64,000 nucleotides of DNA from NCBI GenBank assembly GCA_043228905.1, contig JBHGNT010000013.1, positions 17,918,001 to 17,982,000 of the forward strand, written 5' to 3'. The position numbers and the translations under genes were made by a program. Source of the stretch: Azolla caroliniana (taxonomy: Eukaryota; Plantae; Polypodiophyta). Below the pieces are notes generated by a model that did no database searches, was not told the origin of the DNA, and saw nothing but the letters and a program-made list of their open reading frames with translations. How positions within the stretch are numbered: the stretch's first letter is position 1; every line of letters starts with the position of its first letter. Shown here piece by piece: positions 13,193 through 27,032 of this stretch.

Positions 13193-15750
13193 CAAGAAAC
13201 TAAGTGCTTCTTCAGGGACCCAGCAAACTTCTGGCACGACAACCATCACCACCACAAGGTAAGCCCACCTCAACCATCAAAGCGTTTCTCCTCAGGGGAA
13301 CCTCACAACCCTGAAAGCTCTCTCTGTGGTTCTATTCACAGAGAAACCTCAATTCCCCCGATTTCAAGCACAAATATATACGGAAACCATGTTGGCTTCA
13401 TGTCAGGTCCACCGTCGAACCCAACATTTGTGAGCGACAAGTTAAAGGAACCGACCTTGTTTGCATTGCGGGTATGGAGATTTATGATGATGATCAGCTT
13501 ACTCCGAAATTGTGGTTTCATGACCGGATCACACTTCTGAACCTGATAAAGTTGTGCCAGAAAGAGAAGAACATATCAACTGTGCGGAGGATACATGCTG
13601 ACATTCTCAAGTCAAACTTGATTGCAAAGGATGTTTATATTGGGAATGCCTTGATTACGACATATGCTAAATGTGGTGCACTCAAGAAAGCACGTGAAGT
13701 ATTTGAGCAACTCCCAGTGCAAAATGTTGTGTCTTGGAATGCTTTGATTGGTGGATATGCCCAAAATAGGCTAGGTAGTGATGCATTGAGATATTTCAGA
13801 CAAATGGAAAATGTAGGAGTATGTCCAAATACGATCACCTACATTTTTGTTTTAAAAGCATGTGGGGTTGTGCGATCTCTAGAGATTGGGGAATTTGTAG
13901 ATGTTGAGATCAGAAAACAAGGGCTTTTGGAGAAAGATATTGTCCTGGGCACTGCATTGGTGGACATGTATTGTAAATGTGGTGCATTGGAGAGAGCACA
14001 GAATGTGTTTGAACAGCTTACAGAAAAAACAATTGTGACGTGGAATGCTTTAATTGCTGGATTTTCTCAAAATGGACTAGGGCATGAAGCATTGAAATGC
14101 TTGAAACAATTGAAAGTTTCTAGCGCCTGTCCAAATTCAGTAACTTATCTCTGCATTTTCAAAGCTTGTGGCATTTCCAGGTCTCTTGAGGTTGGGGAAG
14201 ATATAGATGCTGAGGTCAGAAAGCAAGGTTTATTGCAAAAGGATATTATGCTTGGTACTGCATATTTGGACATGTATTGCAAATGTGCTCAGTAGAGAAA
14301 GCAAGAGAAGTGTTCGAGTTGCTTCCGCAACAGGATGTTGTATCCTGGAATACTCTGGTTGCAGGATATGCCGAAAATGGTTTTGGGGATGAAGCACTGA
14401 AATGTTTCAAACAAATGAATGAAGTGGGAATTCGTTCAAATACGGTAACTTATATATGCATTTTGAAAGCTTGTGGTGTGTTGTGGGATCTCTGGAGATA
14501 GGGGACGACCTATACACCAAAGTAAGAAATCAAAGGTTATTGGAGAAAGATATCATGCTTGGCACTGCATTGGTGGACATGTATTCCAAATATGGTGCTC
14601 TACATAAAGCGTGGGAAGTATTTGAACAGCTTCCAGAGCGGAATGTTGTGACTTGGAGTACCTGATCGCTGGATATGCTCAAAATGGACTTGGCGATGAA
14701 GCGTTGACATGCTTCAAACAAATGAAAGGTTCATGTGTTTGTCCAAATTCGGTAACTTATGTTTGCATTCTGAAAGCTTGTGGCATTGTGAGGTCTCTAG
14801 TGATTGGGGAAGAAATATGTGCTGAAGTGAGAAAGCAAGGGCTACTGGAAAAAGACTTAATGTTGGGCAATGCATTGGTTGATATGTTTTCAAAATGTGG
14901 TGTTCTAGAGAAAGCACAAGTTGTATTTGAGCAGCTTCAAGTGCGGGATGCTGTATCTTGGAATGCCATGATTGTTGGATATGCTCAAAATGGACTCAAT
15001 GGTGAACATTGAAATACTTCAGGAAAACGAAAGATGAAAGAGTTTGTCCCAATACAATAACCTATATCTGTATTTTGAAAGCTTGTGACATTGTTGGATC
15101 CTTAAAAATTGGGGAAGAAATAGATGCTGAGGTTAGAAATCAAGGGTTGTTACAGAAAGATGTTATCCTAGGCTCTGCATTCATAGACATGTATTCGAAA
15201 TGTGGGGCATTGAAAAAAGCACGAGAAATATTTGAGCACCTTCCAGTACAGAATGCTGTGACTTGGAATCCGCTGATTGCTGGATATGGCCAGTTAGGTC
15301 AAATTAACGTGGTTTTGGACCTGTATAGTAGAATGAATGTTGAAGGTGTACCAGATGCTGTTACCTTGTTTTGCTGAATGCATGTAGTCATGTGGGTTTA
15401 GTGAAGGAAGGTGAAAAGTTGTTTGATGAGCTGTCAGTTGTATATTGTATAACTCCAATACTAGAACACTGCACCTGTATGGTTGATCTATTCGGCCGTG
15501 CAGGCTGTTTTGACAAGATGAAAGCCTTCTGACAAGGTTTCCCATTCAGGCCACCCTCCACTATTTCAGAGTATATTGAGTTCTTGTATAAAATGGAGGA
15601 ATGAGAAGTTTGGGAGATGGGCATTTGAGCAATCAATACAACTGGATAAAAATTGTGCGGGTGCATGTCTGCATGGGCAATATGTTTGCAACATCTGAAA
15701 TGCAAACAGCGGCAGGTAGTATAGTTGAGGCTTTTGTTAGAAAGGAATAA
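13181..15750 (+). pseudogene. PLS-E PPR pseudogene (PPR-2), exon 1 13181-13258, exon 2 from 13342
   Basis: Paralog of PPR-1 and PPR-3 with 6 PLS units. Frameshifts near 14285, 14480, 14660, 15010 and 15370, and a stop in the E region. Confidence 0.9.
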
Positions 15751-16229
15751 TGACCTGAGTGAAAGCTAGAAGCTTGTAATGAGGAAAATAGATTTTTATG
15801 TACACAGCATGGGCGTGCACAGCACAACTATTTAAGTGCCAACAGAGGGCTAGGCTAATCATGTATATGTTTAGGAGGCTTCCCTTGCAAAAACAGAAAG
15901 AGGTGGGTGATGACCAGGTAAGTGGTGACTTGCCAAAATAGGAAAATAATCTCCATAAGTGCAAGCTGATTCCTCATGAAAAAACCCTGAAACTGATAGG
16001 AAAAAAGAATGAAGGTGAATCCAAAACTGAAACCTATTATCTGAGATCTTGATTGGAGCTTTGTGAAATCGAAGCTGAGACCTCAACATCTTCTTCTTCA
16101 GGTACAATTTGAAGGAGATACAGTACCCCACATCTTTTAGTGGTTTGCCATTTAAAGATTTGGTAACATATTTGCGAGGTTTCCTTGGAATGACTATACT
16201 CTAACCAATTTGTTCAAGCTTTTCCTTTG

Positions 16230-17130
16230 ATTTACCGTATTTTAACCAAATTGTTCTAGCATGAACGTGCCCTAATGGAGTTATAGGAAACATTAACATT
16301 CTTTGTTCTTCTGTGGTCAAGATTTTTTGTGAAAGCAATGACACTTTTCACTCTCAGAATAAATAGTTATTGGCATTTGTTGTATGGCATATCACTCATT
16401 AGCTGCATCAAACATAGTACTTCAACATATGTGTAGAAATTTGCTTCTGTACTGATATTCAGTAGAGAAAGTTGACCAAAGTTTGCCTTGTAGTTAACCA
16501 TGAAATGGGTGGGTTCACCACTAGATATAAAGCAGTATCCTGGAATGGATCTTTTATCATCTGAATACTAAGCCCAATTAACCTCCGAATAACCATACAT
16601 TTCATCACCACTGGAGGACATTATATCATATTCAGTTATGCTGGACAAATACATACACACCAATTTGAGACATGAGGACTGCCCGAATATTGACTTATGC
16701 GAGTAAAAGGTGACATGTGCTTGGTGTGATCCTCAAATTCAGGTGAACCACCATTCTTGCTTAGGAAAGGTATGGTACAAGAGGCACAATGTGCACCAAA
16801 AATTCTCTATTTTGTGATCCTCAAAGACCTAATTCAGGTACTTGTACTCGGACAAAGAAGTAATCTATGAATTGCCATACTCCAATGAGATGTAATAATG
16901 GAAAAAGTATACTAAGGAACTCCCGTTGCTCAAGATCTTTCATCTTGAAATGAGAAGACAATGGATACTTAATTGCATTTTCAAGCGGTTGCCATCTATC
17001 ATTCATTTGAATAAAAGATATTTCAACATCCATAGCTTTCGTCTAATGGGACATTCTCGATGCTTCCTCTACGTAAAGAAGGCTCGTTTCTCTACCAATG
17101 ATTGTTGGTCAAAGCAATATTAACTTCAAC
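16230..17130 (-). mobile_element. Degenerate Ty1/copia RT-RNase H remnant
   Basis: Minus strand gives MDVEISF, LSSHFKMKDL, YGYSEVNWA.YSDDKRSIPGYCF and STEYQY, decayed forms of copia QMDV, FxMKDLG, YSDADWAG..RKSTSGY and STEAEY. Confidence 0.75.
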
Positions 17131-19367
17131 CAAGCATGGTGAGTTCAATTTAATCATTGAAGATTTACAACACAATAGAAATTTTGGAAAATCAGAATCA
17201 CCACCTCCATGAGGGCAATGATAAAACTCTACAATTGAAAGGGACATAAACCTTACTATACATGTTAACCCAAAACAAAGGCCAATTTTATGCTATCTTG
17301 ACTAGAGCTACTTCAAAATTAAGATGAGATTCCAACAATTTTTTGTGAAGATGAATGAACGAAAGTCAGCAATAAATGTTTCTTGGGCCTTGCATCGGTA
17401 GGAAGGGTCATTATTGTTGTCACCTATTAGAATCATCCTTAAAGTATGAATGTATGCAAGAACAGAAGAGAATCATGAAATTAGCATGGCATGCATAGGT
17501 TTATAGTATACTCGCTCCTTACATTTGTGTTGTGTACCCAAAGCCATTGTTTAGGATACTAAAAGGAGATTACATTGTGTGACCAAAGTATTAATATATA
17601 GAAGACTACATGAAAAGATCATCCAAAATCTTGCATGGCATGGAGAGATGGATAATAACTGCTTTCCATGTTGCGTATAGTGACAGTGTCTATATCCCTA
17701 GACATTGTTTAGAACACTAAAAGGAGATTGCATTGTGTGGCCACGTTGAGAAGCCTTTAAAGACACATCAAGACGTGCTTATTGATGTGACTAAAAATGT
17801 GATGGTTTGTCTTGACTACCACTTTGCAACATCTTATTTACTACTGATAAAGAAATGTGGGATTGAAGTAAAGAATGTAAATTGTATTCGCATTTTTTAG
17901 GATGGGCGATGCATTATTACTACTCTTCGATGTGAACATGTAAATTTATTGGCAACTAGAGGGTAGGGTTAAATTTTGGTTGTTTTGGCATTGGTTACTA
18001 GTGGATGAATAGTTGTTTGATTGGAATGCACAAATGTTTAAAATATGGATACCTCATTTGGGTGAACTCTTGAAGTTGCTAATATTTTTCTTGAACAATT
18101 TCAAGCTTCACTACGAAGCCCTTGCTATAGTTAATTGGCATTGTGATCGTCATTATAATCTTATATGTAGAACTCAAGATCCATTCCCTTGTTTTGTATT
18201 TTGCTATTTATATTTGGATTTTGTACATTTATGAAGATATTCTAAAGAGTTGAAAACCCAAATACAAACACAACATTTCACCCACCCAATGAAATCCAAG
18301 TAAAAAAAGATGACCTTTGCCCTTTACCAGCAATATGGTCTATTGGCCCAAAGTAGGTATCCCTCTGTTACATAACTCATATCGTATTTTTTATCTAAAT
18401 TTTGTGTGGTGGGCAAAAATGACAAATGCACATGGATACTCATGTACCTTATACATCTTTATGGTCTATGCAATTATTAATTATTGTAGTGGACATTGTC
18501 AACATGGTTGTTTGAAGGGTGGTGCAATCATTTCACTCACTATCTCACATTATTTAGAGGCAAACAACTATTGTACTATATGTTGGCACTCATTGTCTGA
18601 TACTTTTTAGAAGGAAACAACTATTATAGTATATGTTAGTGTTCATTGTCTTGTATTGCTTGCAGCAAAATAACTTTTGTATTATATATTTTGGTAGATC
18701 AAGAACATTGTTCAAGACCTGAAACCATGAGTTTGACAATGGAAAGAATGATAGTCTCTTTCATAAAGGGATCAATTAACGTTGTGCTATAAGTAATCAA
18801 CTTGCTTTTGCATACAATTGAATTGCAAGACTACTAAATGAGGGAATGTCTTCCATGATATGGAAAAGGAGGATAGAATCAATACTAGTTTGAATAAATT
18901 GAAAAATTAAATACCTTTGAACACTAGGGAATTTAGTATATGAGTTTTTGTTCATTCATTTTAATTGCTATGTGCTATTTTGTTTGTGGCATGGTGGTTA
19001 TGGTATCCCCACATAAAAGACTAGATAAAGAGAACATAACCATCGAAATGTCACATTAGACACAAGAAATACAAACACCCCAAGAAATGATGCAACAAGA
19101 AATATGAACGTAACAAATGCACTTCATACAATGTACATACACAACATCTATAACTTTTCATTCCTTAATGATCCCAATATGCATTTATGTCTGAAACTTG
19201 AGTTGTGTTGGTTGAAACATTTGGATTAGAGTGAAATGAAAATTTAACATATTGAATACATAGAGCCGCCTAAAAAGCTGGGCAAATCCTTTCATTCATG
19301 TTACTTTTTGCAGTGTGAATTAATCAGCAAATTCAAAACCTGATTTACTGTTTTTAATTAATGAGCC

Positions 19368-21676
19368 TTAGGACTTGATTTTCTCAATCAAAAATGATGG
19401 ACAAGGTTGCGGAAGAACGGCGTTTGCGTAGCCTGTAATGTATGAGCAATTCCAAGTTTGTGAATTTGTGGAGTTGATGTTCAACAAGATGTTGCTGAGA
19501 TAGATTTTCTTATATGGTTTCTGAGGTAGACCCTGGAAATTACCGGCTAATGTGATGTTATACCCTACCACATTCTTTATGAAGATCTTCTCCACATGTG
19601 GTAGGGCATTGGGGTTATACTTGTCATCGGGATGATCTCCGTACAAACCCGTCAATCCGATGCCGGTCTTCACATTCCACAGAATGACATTGGAAACATA
19701 GATATGTTTGACGTACCCACCTCTTCCAGCGGCCGACTTAACACGTATCCCAGTGGACCCATGGTTAAGCACAAGATCATCCACATAAACATTTGAGATC
19801 CCACCCGACATCTCACTCCCCAATGCAATCCCCGCACTCGAACGGGTCGCACCTTTGATGCGGCGGATCACAATGTGTGAACTCGGCTGCCCATATGCAA
19901 TGCCATATTCATCCCACCCACTCTTTATTGCAATCAGGTCGTCCCCGACATTAATGTAGCAATCTTCGATGCACACATATTTACTTGAATCTGTATTTAC
20001 ATATGATCAACTAATTGTAATCACAGCCTTGTGATAATGAGAATGAGAGTTATGCATGGTGCACAAATAATCATATTACCTGGATCGATTCCATCAGTAT
20101 TCCTTGATTCAGTTGGAGCTAGAATGGTGAGATTCTGGATCAGCACATGCCTAGAATAAACAAGCAGCCAAATTAACAAAAGGAGGCTGTTTAATAATCC
20201 ATATTGCTATGTGTTTTTGTTCTATGACAAAACCAATGAATGCTAAATACCATCTATGTGCCATCAAATGCTATATAACAATCAACAAGAGTTCTCGGCA
20301 CCTACATTATGTATTAACATGTTTTAATGCTTCTACCTAGAGTACACTGGATGAATGTTCCAAAATGGAGAGTTGCGAAATGTGAGGTTTGAAATGATGA
20401 TGTCCCGTGAGTGTGAGAGCTCAAGCAAATGTCCCCGTGTATAATCAAGGCTACCATTGGTGAAGAGGTTCCACCATACCGCTCCTTGGCCATCAATAGT
20501 CCCATTATCACCTACAAATTCATCACCAATCATTTGGCTTTGCTATCAATCAAATTGACAACCAGAATCTAGTGATCATTTTCAAGTGAGTTGGGCAAAT
20601 TCTATACCTGTGATTACAATATCCTTCAGATTCTCACCATGAAGTAAGCTCATGTGCCTACCCCCAGGTAACTCTCTCCCTCTTCCATAGGAAGGCAATG
20701 GATCAATAATCGGCCAATCTTTTGGATCCTGACAACTTATCACATCAACAACTCCCATGTGGCTACAAATATATTGAAAGACTTCTTATCCAATCAAAAC
20801 AAGAGTTCTTGATGTAAATATGTTATGCGAATGTGAATTTATGCATACATAGGAATGTCATTGTTAAGTTACCAAGTATGATGAAAGTAGTTGTTTTGAA
20901 AACATATGGCTGTGCACATTACAATCCTTAGTTATGTTATATTTGATCATTAAAAAATTCCAAACCCGATCATTGGCAGCCATAAAAGGCTACCTGAAAA
21001 GCTTTGTGATATTTGTTACACCTTTCTCAGCTTGTAAAAGGATAAGGGACACAAATGCATATTTACATGTAAACATGTGTTAAGTAGATTGTTCAGAAAA
21101 TCAAGTACCTGTGATCCCAGTATAACTGCATCTTTATGCAAGAAAAGAGTGAAGTGACTGGTCAAATTGAAGCTTCCTGTGAGCCATTTCCCGGGGGGCA
21201 CATTCAATTGACTTCCACCCTTCTTAGAGAATGAGCTCAGATATGAAACTGCTTGTTGGAATGCAAGTGTATTGAGCGTAAGTCCATCACCGATGCCACC
21301 AAAGTCCACGATTGATGCAGTATGACCCCTCATCCTCTTCACTGACATGTCGACTGATTCATTTGAAGTTGATCTCAAACTTTTGCACCAGTCCTTCCCA
21401 GGAACCTTCCATTTTACTGGCACTGATGCTGCATTAGGAGCACCAGCAACACAACTAACTCCAATAACAAACAACAACAACAGAGTAGATGATATAGCCA
21501 CAAAGGCCCGGATTTGCAGGTGGTACACCTGCAAGGAATATTAGGGGCAAAAAACTATGTTTCATTCAGCAAAAAAGCCCCTAAAACCCCCAAGGGTTTT
21601 CTTCTCCAAGGCATATAAATGTAATGAAACGAAGGGAGGATCAAACCTGCATAGCCACCAAATTCTTCTCCTTCAT
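19368..21676 (-). CDS. Glycoside hydrolase family 28 polygalacturonase (His-less clade E-like), 6 exons, ~479 aa
   Basis: Exons 21676-21647, 21528-21109, 20728-20608, 20511-20337, 20150-20080 and 19990-19368 total 1440 nt, all GT-AG. N-terminal hydrophobic segment, DFGGIGDG, PPGKWLTGSFNLTSHFTL, NTDGIDP, GDD, IKSGWDEYG, GIALGSE, RVKS. Confidence 0.95.
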
Positions 21677-22394
21677 TTGTGTGAGTCGATAGGCACATAA
21701 AATTTCAATCGTTTCTTTCTTTCTTTCTCTCTCTCAAAAGAAGAAAAGGAATAACTAAAACAGAGAGAGGGAAGAGAGCTAAGTTCCCAACCTTCTTCTT
21801 TACTGAGCTTTCCTTTACCTTTTAAAAAATCTAGAAAGGAATTATATAGTAAATCTCCATAAAAGTGAGTACATTGATAGGGCCAAACTCTTGGGCTCAC
21901 ACTTCACTGCTATATATCCAAAACTATGCTTGCTTTTGCCGCAACATTCTTTTCCATAACTACGTAGCTCGCAAACATACCGTATTGTTGCGTCCTTCAC
22001 TCATAAACCTCCCTGATTGCTACACTTCTAATCCATCGGCACTACGTGGAGATTTCGCCTGACTATATTCGATAGAAAGGTAACGATCCCGCTCCCATGT
22101 GAATGCGGAACCAGGGGAGATGCCATTGTCGATCAAGGGATTGCTGGTGACAATAGTTGCGATGGCACCTCTTCCGCCTTCTTCAAGCCGAGCTTCTCGT
22201 TCCAATTCACATGAATACCCTTTTGTGAGCATGGATAATGTGTGTATGGGCAAAGTGTTTGTGTTCGGTGATTGTTGAACCCTTTGTCTTCAGTTTTGCA
22301 CAAAGAAGGTATGTCTAACTTTGTGTTTAGTTAGATATGCATTTGCTTTTGTTGTTATGGAGCTCACACGATCACAATAGTGTGAATGTTTGCA

Positions 22395-22690
22395 TGTGGA
22401 TTTGTACTTAACTATTTTTATGTGTATAGATGCGTGTGTGAGGTACAACTATGTGCATATGAATATGTGTGTTCAGTTGGATAAATGTGATTTTGTCGTG
22501 TGAGCATTCTCATTTGGATGTGTAATTAACTATTTTTATGTGCATAGATGTGTGTGTGAGGTGCAACCATGCGCATATGAATATGTGTATGTGTTTGCGC
22601 ATATGCGCAAAAGTGTGTGTATATGGTTTTGATGTATAATTGTGTTTATTTGTACATGTACGTGTATTTGTATTATTGTGTGTGTGTGTG
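22395..22690. repeat. TG-rich region with ~118 bp duplication
   Basis: TTAACTATTTTTATGTG.ATAGATG.GTGTGTGAGGT.CAAC.ATG.GCATATGAATATGTGT occurs twice (~22408, ~22526); (TG)n follows. Confidence 0.8.
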
Positions 22691-23736
22691 GTAAAAAATT
22701 GTGTGCATGTGCTTATTTGTGTTTATGTGACAACATGTTTAATTTTTGGGTTATACTTTAGGTTTGTATATATGTCTTTATAATTTTTATTAGACATTGG
22801 GGGACATCTGGGAAACATAAGCATCCCCTCCCCCCTTCTTTTCTGTTGGCGTAGTGGACTTTGAGGTCCTATCCTAGTTTATACATGTGCAACCCTTTCA
22901 ACTTTGCATTATTAGTAAACATTGAGATGACCTCAGTTCTTTTCCTCCCATTTGAGTCAACATGATTGTCAAAAGTGACTACTACTTTTGACTTTGGTTT
23001 CATCACTACCCCCACCAAAGACGTTGTCCTCTTGTTGGCTCTCTATAAGAGGGAATAGAAATTAGCTCACTGAATATCACATGGTGGGATCTTATATTAC
23101 TAACTTATACATAGTATTGTTGAGCTATCAATTCATTGAATAGGCTAGAAAACACAAAAATGAAGTTGATGAACAAAAATGTTTTTGTCATGGAAATGAA
23201 TATTAAAAATTACGTATAAGATTACAAGAAATACTTAAAAATAGTCGAGCAATTATTTGAAACATGATATGCACCATGCCACTAGTGTTGCAATGAAACG
23301 ATTGACGGTTGACAAGAGAGATAAACGACCAACGTTGAATTTGAATGGTTTGAAAAGAATGAGGTGTCTCTTTCTAAACCAATGGTTAGGATCCAACCAC
23401 TCAAATGCCAAGTGTGGCACATGCATGTACGTTCTAAGAATTAATATAAACATGCCTATGCCTTGTATCTTTTGAAATTACCTTTTCAATCATTTTTATG
23501 TTCATCTTAGTAGAGACGTCATATTGTCCTTGCACCATCTTCCTTCAATGACACCAACATGATGTTGAGCACAGAGCTAGAGTAAAGCTAGGCTTCTCTA
23601 AAGACTGGTGACACATCGACGATACTGAGTCATCTTAGATAGCTAAGTTCAGACTCTCTTCGGATGGTGTGAGCCTACAATTTGTACAACATGTTCCAAA
23701 TAGGTCATTTATACAACATTCAATGTTTTAAGTAAC

Positions 23737-24065
23737 CATTCTTGTAGAATACTTAGCATACAATACGTGTAGAATACATATGCAAAGTATTCTAACCTTT
23801 TTAAAAAATACTTAAGAGTACGTATATTATAGATAAAATATGTTAAATACTTAGAAATACGTTAAATACTTCTTAAAATTTAAAGTTTTTTTTCAATTTT
23901 TTTAAACTTTTTTGAAATGACAAATACTTGTTAAATACATAGAATACACCAATTTTAGAATACATAGAATGTGTGAAAATTTGAAAATATGATAGTCCTA
24001 AAACGTAGAATGTGTGGAATACTTATGAGTATTCTAAAACGTATACACGTTTTTTAACAACTATG
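23737..24065. mobile_element. Possible AT-rich MITE with repeated AGAATAC/GTATTCT motifs
   Basis: Many AGAATAC/AAATAC copies in both orientations; ends TTTTAACAACTATG; the left terminal repeat is degraded. Confidence 0.4.
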
Positions 24066-24650
24066 TTAGCAACAACTTTGTGTTGAGGTTTCATTCTAAA
24101 GTTTCATCCTAAGAAACTCCCAAACCCTAAACCTCCCAAAGGAAGGGTTGCCTCAATTCGTCATTTGCTTCCATGAGCTCCTCTATATGCTACCTTGTTA
24201 GCCCCATAAAGATGATCAAAAGCACATTCTTATCGATGCCCTAGGTTCCTTTGCACATAATTAATCGAGGTCTCTAAATTACTCATATTTTCCACATGAA
24301 CTAAATCTAGCAAAACATCTCCATGGCTGAGGAGATCCACTTTCACCAATTTGTTCATGTAAGATAAGACTCAATGCCAGTCATTCCACCATCGATTGCA
24401 TTCTATGCATCCAATGCACCCTATGCCATGCCAAGCATGGTTATGGTCGATATCTTCCGATACTATGGTCAACATCTGCCACCACTTGAAACTGACCACT
24501 TCTAGCATGACAACCCATGAAAGATTCCCAACTAGAGAGATAGAATAACCATGAATATCATGTCGATGAGCATAGTCCATACCCCCATTATGATTGTAAC
24601 AAACATTGTTTGTATGCGACTATGAAGGGGACTATGGTCGTGAAGAACGT

Positions 24651-25399
24651 TGTCGTGGTATTCTGCGAGCACGTGTAGGATCCGAGGCGGGACCATGGGG
24701 GTCTTGGACTAAGGAGTAGAGGAGAAGGAATAAGACACAAAATGGAAGCTTAGCTCAAGAGGAGAAGAGGAAGAATAGCACATAAACATAGAATATAATA
24801 GATGGAGGCAAGCTACACAACAAGTTATATTAAGATTCCACGAACGATTACAACAAAGACCGCATAGGCCACACCAAAACGATTACAAGAAAACTCTAAC
24901 CGAATAAGTAAACAAAGAAGCATAGAAACCCTAAAAGAAACCCAAGAAGAAAACCCTAGAAGAAATCCTAAAACCCCCAAAAGAACCCTCGACCTAAGTG
25001 GTATACCTCTCTCACTCAAAATAAGCAACCCCTTCACAAGTGACCCCTCACTCCCTTTTATAGTAGTAAGGGGTGAGCACATTACAAGAGGGAGTCAAAT
25101 CCCCTTTCCTTTAATGGGGAATATCTCCCTTGATCTTAAATCGGTGGGCCTTAACTCTCTCTCTCCTATCACATTCACTCTCAATGCCCACTACTCATTC
25201 TACTCTACAAAGTGCACATCACATTTATGCCTCTACGAACTTTGTGATACACCTTTAGCACCTTAGATTATTACCCTTCCCATTACATTTGTTTACTTAT
25301 TCTCATTACACAAATTTACAAGTGCATGTGCAATGTTGCACATCCCCATTTTATTTGTCCCTTCCGGTTTTCTCATCGTAGCCGGAAATCTTCACGACA
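24651..25399 (-). mobile_element. Solo LTR of the Trp-primed Ty3/gypsy family
   Basis: TGTCG...CGACA termini and a perfect 4-bp TSD ACGT (24647-24650, 25400-25403). Shares the U5 motif and the TGTCGTGAAGA start with elements B and D. Confidence 0.9.
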
Positions 25400-25949
25400 A
25401 CGTCTCCCTTAATGTGAGTCAAACTAGGATTATGACTAGGGTTGTTGGTACACAAGAGAGGCCTAAAACCGCTACATGACCGATGCATTCCAACCCATGG
25501 CTGGAACCTACATTTGAATGATGACCATCTCCTCCGGCTCATCACCTAATGGTCATAAAAGATGGCTCCCATGTGAACCGATCCAATAACAAGGACACAA
25601 CACAAAAGCATTGTGGAATATGGAAACCATCCAAAGCACAACCTCAAAAATGTCTCAAGGGGAAACGTGGAATTTGGCTTTCCAAAGATGTCTCGAGTGT
25701 GTAGCACCAGTAAAAAGAAAGAAAAACCCATGCTAACGACTACCAAAACAACACCTAGAGTATATTGGGCATATTGTGTTATGGGTTTAGTCCCAAACAA
25801 AATATTATTTGATCATCTTGTTGATAATAGAGGAGAGTCAGAGCTACGGGACGACCATTGAACTTCAGTTTTGTGTATTGTAATAAGACTTTGACCCTCA
25901 TGATTCAAAGGGCAATGTTGTGAGAAAGAATAGGAAAAACCTTTTGCGT

Positions 25950-26520
25950 ACCAGTACACATGAAAGCATAAATAGTTGTTATATCTTGAAGCAAGATGCA
26001 TCTTAAAGACAACCAAATTTTTTTCCGCAAGTGTCATGAACACAATGGGAGTGAAAGAAGGATGGTCTCTCTTGCTTATTGTATTTTGTCTATGTGTTGA
26101 CCAACAAGAAGAAAACATCGAAGAAGTCTCAAGAGAACATGATAAAAAAACGCCATTGTGCATTTTAGTCCATTGCTTTTAGTTTATCATGTACCTTTGG
26201 GTATATTCTTAACCAAGCTACAAAGCTTGTGGATACAAAACATACATTCCATGAACATGGCTTTCCACGTGGCTAAGAACAAATTCATTGGGATAGTGAT
26301 GTTTATACTTCAGGCATATCCTCAATTGAGACTAAAAATACTTTAGAAAAGAGGCATGCTATTTGTGAGTATAGTGATTTCACATTCAATGTTGCTAAGG
26401 CCGAATGCATGGTCATAAGTAGCCATTACTGTATTAAGTAAATTGAAGCAGTTCACAATTTCAAATACCTTGGAGTTTCAACAAGCTTCGAAAAAGTATC
26501 TAAATAGGAGAATAGAAGGT
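25950..26520 (+). mobile_element. Degenerate RTE-like LINE RT remnant
   Basis: MGVKEGWSLL..FCLCVDQ (resembling GVKQGCPLSP.LFGL.ID), FNVAKAECMV and IEAVHNFKYLG. Confidence 0.65.
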
Positions 26521-27032
26521 TCAACAAGCTTCAAACAAGTTTCAACATCAACATGGGCACAACAATCATTACAAAACACTCTCTACAGCCATGCCGGTGA
26601 AGGATTTATGTTGAGTTTTCATCAAATGAGAAGGTTCTTTGAATGAGGCGATTATTTTACATGCTACCAAGTGTCTCTTCATAAAGAAAATTTAGCCTTC
26701 TCGACCTTCTCCACTCATAACTTCACCTACCAGCCATGGTTCCTCCGATCTACAGACCATTTTCCCCTAGATAATTCGCACAAACCATACTATGTCATCT
26801 TGACCAATTTCAACAGTTCCGAGAAGCAAGTGAAATATAAAATACAATAAAAAATAAAATAATTACAAATAATCTCATAAAAGAGAACAAAATTAACACC
26901 TCCTGAACATCCGTTATGTGCTAGTTTCTGATAGATGTCTTCCAGCTTAGCAAAATTGCATGTACATGTGTACTTTGAGGATGGACTGATTGACCAATAG
27001 CAAATGAATATGCACTCCTATATAGACATGAA

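Noticed and set aside
12766-13273. ORFs with YVCM / YIHT repeats
   Set aside because: Translations of the (ATAC)n microsatellite.
14285-15530. Rescue of PPR-2 stops by U-to-C RNA editing
   Set aside because: Most lesions are frameshifts, and such editing is organellar rather than nuclear.
19800-19860. Missing GHG histidine in the polygalacturonase
   Set aside because: A known property of this plant PG clade; not novel and not evidence of a pseudogene.
22020-22253. 77-aa ORF upstream of the polygalacturonase
   Set aside because: No recognisable motif or splice-supported link to the gene.
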